Under the pieces are notes generated by a model. That model saw nothing but the letters and a program-made list of their open reading frames with translations. It was not told where the DNA came from and did no database searches. This document shows positions 19,117 through 29,546 of a stretch of DNA of 64,000 nt, piece by piece. How positions within the stretch are numbered: the first letter of the stretch is position 1; each line of letters begins with the position of its first letter. Source of the stretch: Wolbachia endosymbiont of Tyrophagus putrescentiae (GTDB lineage Bacteria; Pseudomonadota; Alphaproteobacteria; Rickettsiales; Anaplasmataceae); the NCBI GenBank assembly GCA_030441635.1, contig JAUEMM010000001.1, positions 119,467-183,466 of the forward strand. Direction: 5' to 3'. The position numbers and the translations under genes are program-made.

Positions 19117-20520
19117 CTAAAGAGGAATGTGTGAAGAGTAAAGGCTTTTTATCCCTATAAAGAAAATTATAATGTTCGCTAATGACGTTGCTACTATAAT
19201 AAAAAGCAGACCCTTATTGCAGCCGATAGTTGTACTATTGCTGCCTTTATCAAAGTACATCACCTTCACGATATTTAAATAATAGTAACATGATATCACA
19301 CTTGCAACCACGAGAATCAGGGATAGCATTATAGATCCTGAATTTATTAAACTTGTGAATACAAAGAATTTAGCAATAAAGCCTGCAAATGGTGGTATTC
19401 CAGACATTGAAAGCAGCAGTATAGATAAATTGCATGCTAAAAACGGTTGTTTTGTACCAATGCCAGACAAGTTTGAGATATCACAACTATCATCATCCAT
19501 TTGTATCAAACACGCAAATATTCCTATATTTGTCATTATATATATTAATAAATAAATTAAAGCACTGTTCATTCCTTCCTCCTGAAAGGTAGAAAGTGCA
19601 GCAAACATGTATCCTACATGACCAATTGCACTATAGGCAAACAGTCTTTTTAGATTGTATTGACGCAAAGCACCTAAAGCCGAGATGAGTACAGATAATG
19701 CCGAGACGTATAAAAAGATGGGTTGCACGTATTTCATTATACTTGTGTTTATCAACACTTCATTCATAAATCGCACTAGAAACGTTATAAGTGCAACTTT
19801 GGGTGCCGTGGAAAAAAATGCAGTTACAATAGTTGGAGCACCTTGATATACATCAGGAGCCCACATGTGGAAAGGCACAACGGCTAGCTTGAAGCATAGG
19901 CCAATAAAAATGAATACTAAACCAAAAATCACACCATATGTGACTTGCTTATTCTGTAAAAATAAACTCAATTCAGAGAAATTAGTTTGTTCTGTATACC
20001 CATAAAGCAAAGACATTCCGTAGAGCATAATACAAGAAGCTAATGCACCAAGTGTAAAGTATTTCACACCTGCTTCGCATGAATAAAGTGAATCACGATT
20101 AAAGCATGCAAGTATATATAGCGATATACTCATCAATTCAAATGCCAAGTAAAAAGAAATCAAACTATTTGCTGACACTAAAGTTATCATGCCAAACAAT
20201 GCAAAGGAGATCAGTATGGAAAATTCATATTTATAGTCATATTTTGACAAATTAAATAACAATAGTATTGCTACACCTGTGGCAAGTATAAGCCATTGCG
20301 CTGCTCTGGTGTAATCATTCAATATCAACAATGAATTAAATAGAAACACCTGATTATTGTTTATAGTATTAATCAAAATGATGAGTGTTATAAATGTACA
20401 GCCAAGAACTAGTAAGTTGACGAAGCGGCGATTGAGCACGATACCCAGCAGCAATAAAACTAATGAAGAGATAATATAGAAAACTTCAGGTAGTATCTGT
20501 ATATAGTGAGAATAATTCAT
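19117..20520 (-). CDS. nuoN: NADH-quinone oxidoreductase subunit N
   Basis: 467-aa polytopic membrane protein of the antiporter-like family, last gene of the nuoJKLMN block. Confidence 0.9.
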   Translation of the reverse strand: MNYSHYIQILPEVFYIISSLVLLLLGIVLNRRFVNLLVLGCTFITLIILINTINNNQVFLFNSLLILNDYTRAAQWLILATGVAILLLFNLSKYDYKYEFSILISFALFGMITLVSANSLISFYLAFELMSISLYILACFNRDSLYSCEAGVKYFTLGALASCIMLYGMSLLYGYTEQTNFSELSLFLQNKQVTYGVIFGLVFIFIGLCFKLAVVPFHMWAPDVYQGAPTIVTAFFSTAPKVALITFLVRFMNEVLINTSIMKYVQPIFLYVSALSVLISALGALRQYNLKRLFAYSAIGHVGYMFAALSTFQEEGMNSALIYLLIYIMTNIGIFACLIQMDDDSCDISNLSGIGTKQPFLACNLSILLLSMSGIPPFAGFIAKFFVFTSLINSGSIMLSLILVVASVISCYYYLNIVKVMYFDKGSNSTTIGCNKGLLFIIVATSLANIIIFFIGIKSLYSSHIPL

Positions 20521-21944
20521 AGCACATTACATCCAATTAGTAAATTACTGGTATACAGCTTTAAATAGTTCAGTACAAACGTTGGATAAATTCCGAGTAA
20601 AATAACAAATACTGCCAGTAAAGTTAAAATGCACAACTCAATTTTGTTTAAGTCACCATTTAAGTTACAGCAACCTATTCCCCATATTATCCTTCTACAT
20701 AAGCTTAACATATAAATTGCACTTAAAATAGTGCCTAGCGCTATGAATCCCGTAATGAATTTTATGCTTTTAAACATTCCCAACATAGATAAAAATTCAC
20801 CTATAAAACCTGATGTTCCTGGTAAGCCTATAGAGGCCATTGAAAATAAAATGAACATAAAAGCAAACTTCGGCATTATGTTTGCTATGCCGCTATATTT
20901 TTTAATTTCCAAAGTCCCAGTTCTGGCATATAGCATACCAACACATAAGAATAGTGCAGGGGAAATTAAACCATGACTGATCATTTGAAACATTGCACCA
21001 ATAACTCCTTCTTCCTGAAATGAAAAAAGCCCAGCAGTAACAATGCCCATGTGAGCTATTGAAGAATATGCTATTAATTTCTTGATATCTTTTTGTGCAA
21101 ATGCAACCAGAGAAGTATAGATCACAGCGATAATGCTGAGCAGAACTACCATACCTGAAAAGTGCATGCTAGCTGCAGGAAGCATAGGAATGGAAAATCT
21201 AATGAATCCATAGCCTCCCATTTTTATGAGTATTCCTGCCAAAATAACTGACCCAGCAGTTGGAGACTGTACGTGCGCATCAGGAAGCCAGGTATGAAAA
21301 GGAAACATCGGAATTTTTATTGCAAAGGATATAAAGAACGCAAGCCATATGGCTACCTGTATTTTAGGATCAAGAGCCGGCACTCGCTTAGTCAACTCCA
21401 GCATATCAAATGTTCCAAAATTCTTGTAAATGTATATTAATCCAAGCAAGAATAGTAAGGACCCAGTGAGTGTATAGAGAAACAATTTAAATGTTGCATA
21501 TATTTTTTCTCTTCCACCCCAAATACCAATAATGAAAAACATCGGTATTAAAACAGCTTCGAAAAATACGTAAAAACTTATTGCATTTAAAGAAATAAAA
21601 AAACCAATTATGAAACTTTCAAGCAGCAGGAGCAATGCCATGTACGCTTTTAAATTTACGTAATCCATTTTGCAATTGTAGGCTATGCAAATTACAAAAA
21701 GAAAAGTTGTAAGCAAGAGAAAAAGTAAAGATATTCCATCTATTCCCAGTGCAATTCCTTTTATTGGGTAGCTTACAAACTGAAAATCTGGGTTATTATA
21801 ATCAAAGCAAACTAAAGCAACAATGCTGAGCACGAATGGTGACGTAGCAAAGGCTAGACTTATTGTGTGCTTATAGTCAACCTTCACTAAAGACAAAACT
21901 AAAGCTCCTATCAACGGGAGCAGAAATATACTGAACAACAACAC
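20517..21944 (-). CDS. nuoM: NADH-quinone oxidoreductase subunit M
   Basis: 475 aa with FPFHTWLPDAHVQSPTAGSVILAGILIKMGGYG motif. Confidence 0.92.
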   Translation of the reverse strand: MLLFSIFLLPLIGALVLSLVKVDYKHTISLAFATSPFVLSIVALVCFDYNNPDFQFVSYPIKGIALGIDGISLLFLLLTTFLFVICIAYNCKMDYVNLKAYMALLLLLESFIIGFFISLNAISFYVFFEAVLIPMFFIIGIWGGREKIYATFKLFLYTLTGSLLFLLGLIYIYKNFGTFDMLELTKRVPALDPKIQVAIWLAFFISFAIKIPMFPFHTWLPDAHVQSPTAGSVILAGILIKMGGYGFIRFSIPMLPAASMHFSGMVVLLSIIAVIYTSLVAFAQKDIKKLIAYSSIAHMGIVTAGLFSFQEEGVIGAMFQMISHGLISPALFLCVGMLYARTGTLEIKKYSGIANIMPKFAFMFILFSMASIGLPGTSGFIGEFLSMLGMFKSIKFITGFIALGTILSAIYMLSLCRRIIWGIGCCNLNGDLNKIELCILTLLAVFVILLGIYPTFVLNYLKLYTSNLLIGCNVL

Positions 21945-21946
21945 TT

Positions 21947-23791
21947 TTATTTCATTCCAATAATATATAAAGCACTTACTATTAAGGTCACAAACATGAT
22001 GAGTGCATAATCAAATATATAACCAGTTTGTAACTTCACAGAATCTTTGGAACAGTTATTAACCAATTTAACAATACCGTTTGGCCCAAAGGAATCAATA
22101 ACTTTTACGTCATTTTGCCATAGAACTTTAGAAATAAATCTTACAGGTACAACTACAGCAAATTCATATATCTCATCAAAATACCATTTATTTCGCAAAA
22201 ATTTTAACAGAAACTCACTTTCAATTTGCCTTATAAACTTAAAGTAATAAACAAGGTACGCACATATTATTCCACTTAAGCTCACAAAAGTTGGCATTAA
22301 CTTGATAAAGTAATTACTGATTAGATGCTCTTCAGCGACTACTAAACTTGATTTCCAAAATATTTCACTAGTTATATTCAAAATATTTGCTCCCCATATT
22401 CCAGAAAACAGCGACCCAAAAACAAGAATAATAAGTGGTATAAGCATAATCTTGGGTGCTTCATGTACGCTTAAGTTATTTCTTTTTTTGCCATGAAATA
22501 CAAGAAGTAGTAATCTCCACGAGTAAAATGACGTGAAGAATGCAACTATCAAACTGACTATAAAAGCAAATATATCTGATCCATAAGCATGCTCAATTAT
22601 TAGGTCTTTTGAATAAAAGCCTGCAAATGGAAATATTCCAGATAATGCAAGAGAACCTACCCACATTAAAATGTAAGTATAAGGAATCTTTTTCCAACAT
22701 CCCCCCATTTTCTGGATATTCTGCTCGTGGTGTGTTGCGTGGATTACATTACCTGCTCCTAGGAACAATAGTGCTTTGAAAAAAGCATGAGTCATTAAGT
22801 GAAAGATAGCAATATTATAAGCGGAAAGACCGCACGCTATAAACATATAGCCAAGTTGACTGCATGTTGAGTATGCAATAATCTTCTTTATATCATCTTG
22901 AGCGATTGCAACTGTTGCTGCAAAAATAGCAGTAAGCATACCAATTATTACTATCATCTCTCGTGCTACATTGGATAGCTCAAACAAAGGGGAACATTTA
23001 GCTATTAAGAAAATACCAGCCGTAACCATAGTTGCTGCATGAATCAGTGCAGAAACAGGAGTTGGCCCCTCCATTGCATCCGGCAGCCATATATGTAAAC
23101 CTAACTGGGCAGATTTACCCATGCAACCAATAAAAAGTAATATGCATATTATATGCATCACATTAAATTCACAACAGAATGCTTTAATTTTTTGACTTCC
23201 AAGGATCTCAATAGTATCAAATATATAGCGAAACTCCAGAGAACCAAACGTATAGTAAATGAGCAAAATACCAATCAGTAAGGAAAAATCTCCTACTCTA
23301 TTGACAATAAAAGCTTTTATTGCCGCGTTGTTTGCAGAATATCTTTTAAACCAGAACCCTATCAGTAAATAAGAACACAGGCCAACTCCTTCCCAGCCAA
23401 AGAAAAGTTGAACAAAATTATCGCTCACTACTAGCACTATCATACAAAAAGTAAAGAGTGATAAATAAGAAAAGAATCTCGATTTCTCGTTTTGCATGTA
23501 CCCAATGGAGTATAAATGTACTATCAATGAAACGGTAGTAACAACAATCAACATCACAGATGAAAGTCTATCTATACTAATTGCCCAATTTAGTTTTAAG
23601 ACACTCAATGAAAACATAGGAAAAAGTTCCAGGTGATAGTTATCAGAAAACTTAAAAAACAGATACCAAGACAGAATTGCCGATAATCCAACTCCTGCAG
23701 TTGTAATCAATTGACTGAAGAAATCTCTTCTTAAAAAGGCTGCTGATAGCGAGCAAAGTAGAGGTAAAAATACAATTAACTGTACTATCAT
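21947..23791 (-). CDS. nuoL: NADH-quinone oxidoreductase subunit L
   Basis: 614 aa with GWEGVGLCSYLLIGFW and LHIWLPDAMEGPTPVSALIHAATMV. Confidence 0.92.
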   Translation of the reverse strand: MIVQLIVFLPLLCSLSAAFLRRDFFSQLITTAGVGLSAILSWYLFFKFSDNYHLELFPMFSLSVLKLNWAISIDRLSSVMLIVVTTVSLIVHLYSIGYMQNEKSRFFSYLSLFTFCMIVLVVSDNFVQLFFGWEGVGLCSYLLIGFWFKRYSANNAAIKAFIVNRVGDFSLLIGILLIYYTFGSLEFRYIFDTIEILGSQKIKAFCCEFNVMHIICILLFIGCMGKSAQLGLHIWLPDAMEGPTPVSALIHAATMVTAGIFLIAKCSPLFELSNVAREMIVIIGMLTAIFAATVAIAQDDIKKIIAYSTCSQLGYMFIACGLSAYNIAIFHLMTHAFFKALLFLGAGNVIHATHHEQNIQKMGGCWKKIPYTYILMWVGSLALSGIFPFAGFYSKDLIIEHAYGSDIFAFIVSLIVAFFTSFYSWRLLLLVFHGKKRNNLSVHEAPKIMLIPLIILVFGSLFSGIWGANILNITSEIFWKSSLVVAEEHLISNYFIKLMPTFVSLSGIICAYLVYYFKFIRQIESEFLLKFLRNKWYFDEIYEFAVVVPVRFISKVLWQNDVKVIDSFGPNGIVKLVNNCSKDSVKLQTGYIFDYALIMFVTLIVSALYIIGMK

Positions 23792-23792
23792 T

Positions 23793-24101
23793 TCACTCCT
23801 TCATTAGATTTGCTTGCTCTATATCTATGTTGCCACGCTTTCTGTAATATATCACAAGTATCGCAAGCCCTATTCCTGACTCTGCAGCAGCAACAGTCAG
23901 CACAAACATAACAAAAATCTGCCCAACTATGTCATTTATAAAAACAGAAAAAGCAACCAAATTTATGTTAACTGCCAATAACAGTATTTCTATTGATAAT
24001 AATATATTTATTATGCTTTTACGATTGATGCAAATACCACATATTCCAACGGTAAATAAAATAGCAGCTACTATTAAAAAATGATTCAATCCTACTTCCA
24101 T
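23793..24101 (-). CDS. nuoK: NADH-quinone oxidoreductase subunit K
   Basis: 102 aa, three TM helices, [15 protein letters not shown] motif. Confidence 0.92.
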   Translation of the reverse strand: MEVGLNHFLIVAAILFTVGICGICINRKSIINILLSIEILLLAVNINLVAFSVFINDIVGQIFVMFVLTVAAAESGIGLAILVIYYRKRGNIDIEQANLMKE

Positions 24102-24670
24102 TCCATTCCCTCTCCGGATTTAGCTTTGATTAGTTTGACAGATGAAGATTGCGTCAATTGTTTCAATATATTCTGTCTTTTACTTTCTTTTTTCTTCTCC
24201 TGTAAGGTAAGTACAATTGCGCCAACTATTGCAACGAGTAATAAAATACTTGAAACATGAAAAGCATACATGTAATCGGTGTAAAGCACATTACCGATGG
24301 CTTTCACATTGTTAGAACTATAATCTATAGTGCTACCCACATTTGAAGCTGAGTTATAAATCACAAAGCCTATAATTAAGCAAAATGTAACACAAAGTAT
24401 TATGCCGAGAATATAATGCTTTGCAAAACCTTTATTTAGCCTTACATCAAGCATCATGACTACAAAGAGAAACAATACTGCAACTGCACCTATATATACT
24501 ATCAGCACCATCATAGCTATAAACTCAGCACCAAGAAGAATAAACAGTGCTGCGGAATTCACGAACGTCAGAGTTAAAAATAATACTGAGTGTACAGGAT
24601 TTTTCGCACTAATTACACACACGGCAGACAAGACACTCAAAGCTGCAAAAAAGTAAAAAAAGAAAGCCAT
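24092..24670 (-). CDS. nuoJ: NADH-quinone oxidoreductase subunit J
   Basis: 192 aa with NPVHSVLFL and [15 protein letters not shown] motifs. It overlaps nuoK. Confidence 0.9.
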   Translation of the reverse strand: MAFFFYFFAALSVLSAVCVISAKNPVHSVLFLTLTFVNSAALFILLGAEFIAMMVLIVYIGAVAVLFLFVVMMLDVRLNKGFAKHYILGIILCVTFCLIIGFVIYNSASNVGSTIDYSSNNVKAIGNVLYTDYMYAFHVSSILLLVAIVGAIVLTLQEKKKESKRQNILKQLTQSSSVKLIKAKSGEGMEWK

Positions 24671-24820
24671 TTCTATTAACTATAGCTATAGTTAATAGTT
24701 AAAATAAGTATCACCACAAAGTCAATATTAAATAATTTAGTGTTCATAGACCATACATATTTTTTTTACCTTCTTCATGTAGAACAAACTCATTGTTCAA
24801 TGATTTTAAGGAGAATTACT

Positions 24821-25084
24821 ATGGCAACAGACTTATTGAGTACAGTAAAGAGCTCATTAGAAGGTAATTTAAATGATCTTACTATTAAATTAAAAGAGGT
24901 AAAAGACAATTTACAAGAAAAGTTAGAGGAGGGGATACAAGGAATGGATGAAAAAATAAGCCAAGTTAGTCAAAATATATTCGGAACAAATATAAAAGAA
25001 GAGATAGTGACAACAAATCATCCATGGGAGCAGAACGCTTCATCAAGTGAAAATGAGCTTATAAATCAAAACAACATTATATAG
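24821..25084 (+). CDS. small hypothetical coiled-coil protein
   Basis: ATG at 24821 is preceded by aaggag (8 nt upstream). 87 aa, rich in E, K and L heptad-like sequence. A hairpin lies 16 nt downstream. I recognise no family. Confidence 0.4.
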   Translation: MATDLLSTVKSSLEGNLNDLTIKLKEVKDNLQEKLEEGIQGMDEKISQVSQNIFGTNIKEEIVTTNHPWEQNASSSENELINQNNII

Positions 25085-25099
25085 AGTAATGACGTTTTA

Positions 25100-25134
25100 C
25101 AAATACAGTGGAATAACAAGCTCTACTGTATTTG
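25100..25134 (+). terminator. hairpin (10-bp stem, 15-nt loop) followed by a T-rich tract
   Basis: caaatacagt (25100-25109) pairs with actgtatttg (25125-25134), followed by actatttt. Confidence 0.35.
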
Positions 25135-25250
25135 ACTATTTTAATAGTTGTGTTAACGATTACATATCACTGTAGGAGAGTTATAAATTAAAGTGCTGCT
25201 TCTATGAACTGTATTTACCGTTCTCGGAGAAGCATATTGAAATTTTTAGA

Positions 25251-26549
25251 TTGACTGTTAGTCTTTATAGAAATATTAAAAACATTGTGCACAAAAAAAT
25301 AGGTTTTTTAGCAATTTTTGCTTTAGTAATCAGCAGTCAAATTGGCTCTGGCATCTTTATGTTGCCAATTAGCCTTGCTCCTTATGGCATTTATAGTTTA
25401 ACAAGTTGGCTGATATCTAGTGCAGGTGCTATATCCCTTGCTCTGGTGTTTGCCTTGCTCTGTGCAAAATTTCCCGAGACAGGTGGGCCGCACGCATATG
25501 TAAAACATGCCTTTGGTCCAACGGCAGCTTTTTTCACTGGGTGGACGTATTGGGTAATCTCGTGGGTGAGTTCGACTGCCGTAACAGTTGCAACTATTGG
25601 TTACCTTAGTCCACTTTTTCATCAAAATATACGGCTATTTTGGGAAATATTGTTACTTGTAATAATCATATTAGTAAACCTCAAAGGAGTAACTGCGGCT
25701 GGACGCGTTGAGCTCTTGTTAACTATCATTAAGACTGCAGCGTTGCTTTTGATTCCAGCAGTAGTTTTATTCCACTTTAATAAGAACAATTTCATGGTAA
25801 GCAGTGAAGTGGCTAGCCTTACACTATCGCAAATTCTTGCGCGATCAACACTTTTGACCATGTGGTGTTTTGTTGGTCTTGAATCAGCGACAGCACCTGC
25901 AGGATCGGTTAATAATCCAGCTAAAACAATACCAAGGGCAATAGTACTTGGCACAATCTCTGTTGCAGTAATATATTTTATTAATAGCCTTGCAATCATG
26001 GGACTCATAAATGGCAATGATTTAGTCAATTCAAAAGCACCATATGTGGATGCAATAAGGATCATATTTCCTGGTAATTGGTACTTAATTATTTCTTTTA
26101 TTGCATTTATTGTCTGTGTTGGTAATCTCAACGCTTGGGTTTTAGCAAGTGGGCAAGTTGCTCTAGGTCTTGCTGAAGATAAACTTATGCCAGAATTTTT
26201 TGCTAGGAAAAATAAATACGATTCTCCCTTTTGGGGAATATTAACCAGTGCATTTGGTACTTTAGTTCTACTTATCCTTACATCAAATAACAATTTTGCC
26301 GAGCAAATAACATCAATTATCGACTTTTCTGTAATATCAGTTTTATTTGTCTACTTAGTGTGTACCGTTGCTTTTTTGAAATTCGTCATACAAGAAAAGC
26401 ACTATTGTCAGCTTCTGATCGGAGTGATAGCAATATCCTTTTGCTGCTGGATAATATTTGAAACTCCTATGTATACTTTGCTAATAGCAAGCTTATTTAC
26501 TATCAGTGGGTTGCCTGTTCTAATACTACAAAAAAAATTCCGTTTTTAA
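25251..26549 (+). CDS. APC-superfamily amino acid permease, paralog 1
   Basis: About 12 TM helices. SSQIGSGIFMLP, FPETGGPHAYV and GLESATAPAGSVNNP motifs are typical of APC amino acid/polyamine transporters. Start uncertain (TTG in the ORF track). Confidence 0.8.
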   Translation: MTVSLYRNIKNIVHKKIGFLAIFALVISSQIGSGIFMLPISLAPYGIYSLTSWLISSAGAISLALVFALLCAKFPETGGPHAYVKHAFGPTAAFFTGWTYWVISWVSSTAVTVATIGYLSPLFHQNIRLFWEILLLVIIILVNLKGVTAAGRVELLLTIIKTAALLLIPAVVLFHFNKNNFMVSSEVASLTLSQILARSTLLTMWCFVGLESATAPAGSVNNPAKTIPRAIVLGTISVAVIYFINSLAIMGLINGNDLVNSKAPYVDAIRIIFPGNWYLIISFIAFIVCVGNLNAWVLASGQVALGLAEDKLMPEFFARKNKYDSPFWGILTSAFGTLVLLILTSNNNFAEQITSIIDFSVISVLFVYLVCTVAFLKFVIQEKHYCQLLIGVIAISFCCWIIFETPMYTLLIASLFTISGLPVLILQKKFRF

Positions 26550-26609
26550 ACTGGAAGTTGGGAAATTTATTGAATTTTTTTAATTAAAATTATATTTTTA
26601 ACTTTTAAT

Positions 26610-27875
26610 ATGATGAGAGTGTCAAATAAAATAGGTTTTTTAGCAATTTTTGCTTTAGTAATCAGCAGTCAAATTGGCTCTGGCATCTTTATGTTGCCAA
26701 TTAGTCTTGCTCCTTATGGCATTTATAGTTTAACAAGTTGGCTGATATCTAGTGCAGGTGCTATATCCCTTGCTCTGGTGTTTGCCTTACTCTGTGCAAA
26801 ATTTCCTGAGACAGGTGGGCCGCACGCATATGTAAAACATGCTTTTGGTCCAACAGCAGCTTTCTTCACTGGATGGACGTACTGGGTAATCTCTTGGGTA
26901 AGTACAACTGCTGTAGTGGTTGCAAGCGTTGGTTACCTTACGCAGCTTTTTCATAGTGACATGCACCTGTTTTTAGAAATACTACTACTTGCAACTATTA
27001 CGTTAATAAATCTGAGAGGAATCACTACTGCTGGATATGTTGAACTTTTATTAACAATCATCAAAATCGCAGTTTTACTCTTAATTCCAGCAATTGCTTT
27101 ATTTTATTTTGACAAGAGCAACTTTGTTGTAAGTAATGAAGTCTCGAGCCTTACACTATCGCAAATTCTTGCGCGATCAACGCTTCTGACCATGTGGTGT
27201 TTTGTTGGTCTTGAATCAGCAACAGCACCTGCAGGATCAGTGAATAATCCAGCTAAGACAATTCCAAGAGCAATAGTGTTTGGTACAGTCTGTGTCGCTA
27301 TTATATATTTCATTAATAGTCTTACAATTATGGGACTCATAAATGGCAATGATTTAGTCAATTCAAAGGCGCCATACGTAGATGCAATAAAAATTATGCT
27401 GGCCGGTAATTGGCACCTAGGAATTTCTATTGTTGCCTTTATATTTTGCATTGGCTGTCTGAATGCTTGGGTTTTAGCAAGTGGACAAGTTGCCTTAGGT
27501 CTCGCTGAAGATAAACTTATGCCAAAATTTTTTGCTAAGAAAAATAAACATGGCTCTCCTTTTTGGGGAATAATCACTAGTTCACTCGGCACTCTGATTT
27601 TACTTATGCTCACATCAAGCAACAATTTTGCTGAGCAAATCACATCAATTATTGATTTCTCTGTAGTATCATTTTTATTTGTTTACTTAATATGCAGCTT
27701 AGCTTTAATCAAGCTTGCCAGATTCTATCACCAGCTTTTAATCGGGATAATAGCTGCAGCCTTCTGCTGTTGGGTGATCTCTGAAACCTCTATGAGTATC
27801 TTATCAGTAGCAAGTTTATTTACTGTAAGTGGAATACCTATGTATTTGTTTTGGTATCGCAGGGTGTGTGTATAA
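26610..27875 (+). CDS. APC-superfamily amino acid permease, paralog 2
   Basis: 421 aa, collinear with paralog 1 and nearly identical over the first ~95 aa and a central block. Confidence 0.8.
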   Translation: MMRVSNKIGFLAIFALVISSQIGSGIFMLPISLAPYGIYSLTSWLISSAGAISLALVFALLCAKFPETGGPHAYVKHAFGPTAAFFTGWTYWVISWVSTTAVVVASVGYLTQLFHSDMHLFLEILLLATITLINLRGITTAGYVELLLTIIKIAVLLLIPAIALFYFDKSNFVVSNEVSSLTLSQILARSTLLTMWCFVGLESATAPAGSVNNPAKTIPRAIVFGTVCVAIIYFINSLTIMGLINGNDLVNSKAPYVDAIKIMLAGNWHLGISIVAFIFCIGCLNAWVLASGQVALGLAEDKLMPKFFAKKNKHGSPFWGIITSSLGTLILLMLTSSNNFAEQITSIIDFSVVSFLFVYLICSLALIKLARFYHQLLIGIIAAAFCCWVISETSMSILSVASLFTVSGIPMYLFWYRRVCV

Positions 27876-27952
27876 CTTTTCTTAAACAAATTAAGTCTTT
27901 TCAGTTTTATCTTTTTCTATGATAATTGGTTTATGTTTTAATATAAAAAGTA

Positions 27953-28972
27953 ATGTTCAGAAACTTTGCGTTTGCCTTAATTTTTCTAGTTTGCGCTCCC
28001 TTTTTTAATACTGAAGCTAGAAATTACATTAGGATTGCTGGATCTTCAACAGTCTTTCCGTTTATATCATTCATAGCTGAAGAATTTAATCGTGTATTTT
28101 CCTTTAAAACCCCCGTTGTAGAATCGGTAGGAAGCGGAGCAGGTTTTAAAATGTTCTGCTCTGGTTTAGGAGAAGATACTCCGGATATTGCTACATCATC
28201 TCGCCCCATAAAAGAAGTAGAAAGAGAGCTATGTAAGAGGAATAAGGTTGATGAAATAGCGGAAATAATAATAGGATATGATGGAATCGTTGTAGCTAAT
28301 TCAAATCAGAGTTATAAGTTTGATTTCACGAAAAAGGATTTATTTAATGCTTTATCAGCATACTCACAGAAAAATAACGAGCTAGTAAAGAACAATAGAA
28401 ATTATTGGTCTGATGTGAACAAGATCTTTCCAAAGACTGATATTGAAATCTACGGTCCATATCGTAATTCTGGTACTTATGAAACCTTAATTGCATCTAT
28501 TATGCTTGATCAATACTCATGTATGAATTCTAAACCTTTTAAGCAAACTTATCCGAAGTATGAAGAAAGAAAAAAAGTATGCAGTAGTATACGAGATGAT
28601 GGTAGATATATTGAAGTCAGTGCTAATGAAAACATCATAATACAAAAACTTAACAGCAATAGAAATGCTCTGGGGATATTTAGTTTTAGTTTTCTAATGA
28701 GGAATCAAGATAAAATACAAGGAAGCACAATTGCGGGCATTGAGCCGACTTACGAAAACATATCGTCAGGGAAATATATACTAGCAAGGCCTTTATATCT
28801 TTATATAAAAAAAGATCACATAGGAAATGTTCATGGGTTGAAGGAGTTCATAAGAGAAATTATGGATGCTATCAATATTGACAGTGGCTACCTATTTAGA
28901 CTCGGTTTAATACCACTTTCACATGAAGATATACAAAAAACTGCGACAAAAATTCGGAATATTACTCAATAA
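27953..28972 (+). CDS. PstS-family phosphate-binding periplasmic protein
   Basis: Signal peptide, then IRIAGSSTVFPF and GSGAGFK motifs characteristic of PBP-like phosphate-binding proteins. Confidence 0.7.
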   Translation: MFRNFAFALIFLVCAPFFNTEARNYIRIAGSSTVFPFISFIAEEFNRVFSFKTPVVESVGSGAGFKMFCSGLGEDTPDIATSSRPIKEVERELCKRNKVDEIAEIIIGYDGIVVANSNQSYKFDFTKKDLFNALSAYSQKNNELVKNNRNYWSDVNKIFPKTDIEIYGPYRNSGTYETLIASIMLDQYSCMNSKPFKQTYPKYEERKKVCSSIRDDGRYIEVSANENIIIQKLNSNRNALGIFSFSFLMRNQDKIQGSTIAGIEPTYENISSGKYILARPLYLYIKKDHIGNVHGLKEFIREIMDAINIDSGYLFRLGLIPLSHEDIQKTATKIRNITQ

Positions 28973-29010
28973 ACAAAAAAATTGCTGTAGCTTTGGCTAA
29001 CTTAGCGGTT

Positions 29011-29385
29011 TTATTCTTCATTCTCTATAAAATATTTTGACTTATCATTTTTGTGTTTATATTCTTCGGCTGTATCTAGTGGTTCCTTTTTAGCTGTAAT
29101 ATTTGGCCATTTCTGTGAATATTCTTTGTTGATATTATAAAACAACTTAAAGATCTTTTGCTCGTTGGTAAGCGACTCTTCATCTATATCTAGAATATCT
29201 TTTACTGAATCATCAGTTACAATTGCTTCTACTGGGCATTCAGGTATGCAAACACCACAGTCAATACACTCATCAGGATTAATTATAAGCATATTCTTGC
29301 CTTCATAAAAGCAGTCAACTGGACAGACTTCTACACAATCGGTGTACTTACACTTTATGCACTTGTCTGTTGTAAAATGTGTCAT
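29011..29385 (-). CDS. fdxA: 7Fe ferredoxin (FdxA type)
   Basis: [21 protein letters not shown] and [16 protein letters not shown] cluster motifs. Start set at ATG 29385 (MTHFTTDKC). Confidence 0.9.
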   Translation of the reverse strand: MTHFTTDKCIKCKYTDCVEVCPVDCFYEGKNMLIINPDECIDCGVCIPECPVEAIVTDDSVKDILDIDEESLTNEQKIFKLFYNINKEYSQKWPNITAKKEPLDTAEEYKHKNDKSKYFIENEE

Positions 29386-29546
29386 AAGCATTACATGTCT
29401 ATATAATTTTAGGTACATCAGGTTAGTGAGAAATTCAAGTCTTTTGATGAAATATTTATTAAAATATATTATAATTTAGATATTAATGGTTTGTTAAACG
29501 TTTTTCTGATAAAGTTATAGTTGTATTAGTAGATGTAAATTCTTTT

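Noticed and set aside
25622-27643. Long minus-strand ORFs (223 aa and 179 aa) inside both permease genes
   Set aside because: They lie antisense within well-supported transporter CDSs and are conserved only because the sense genes are paralogs. There are no recognisable motifs.
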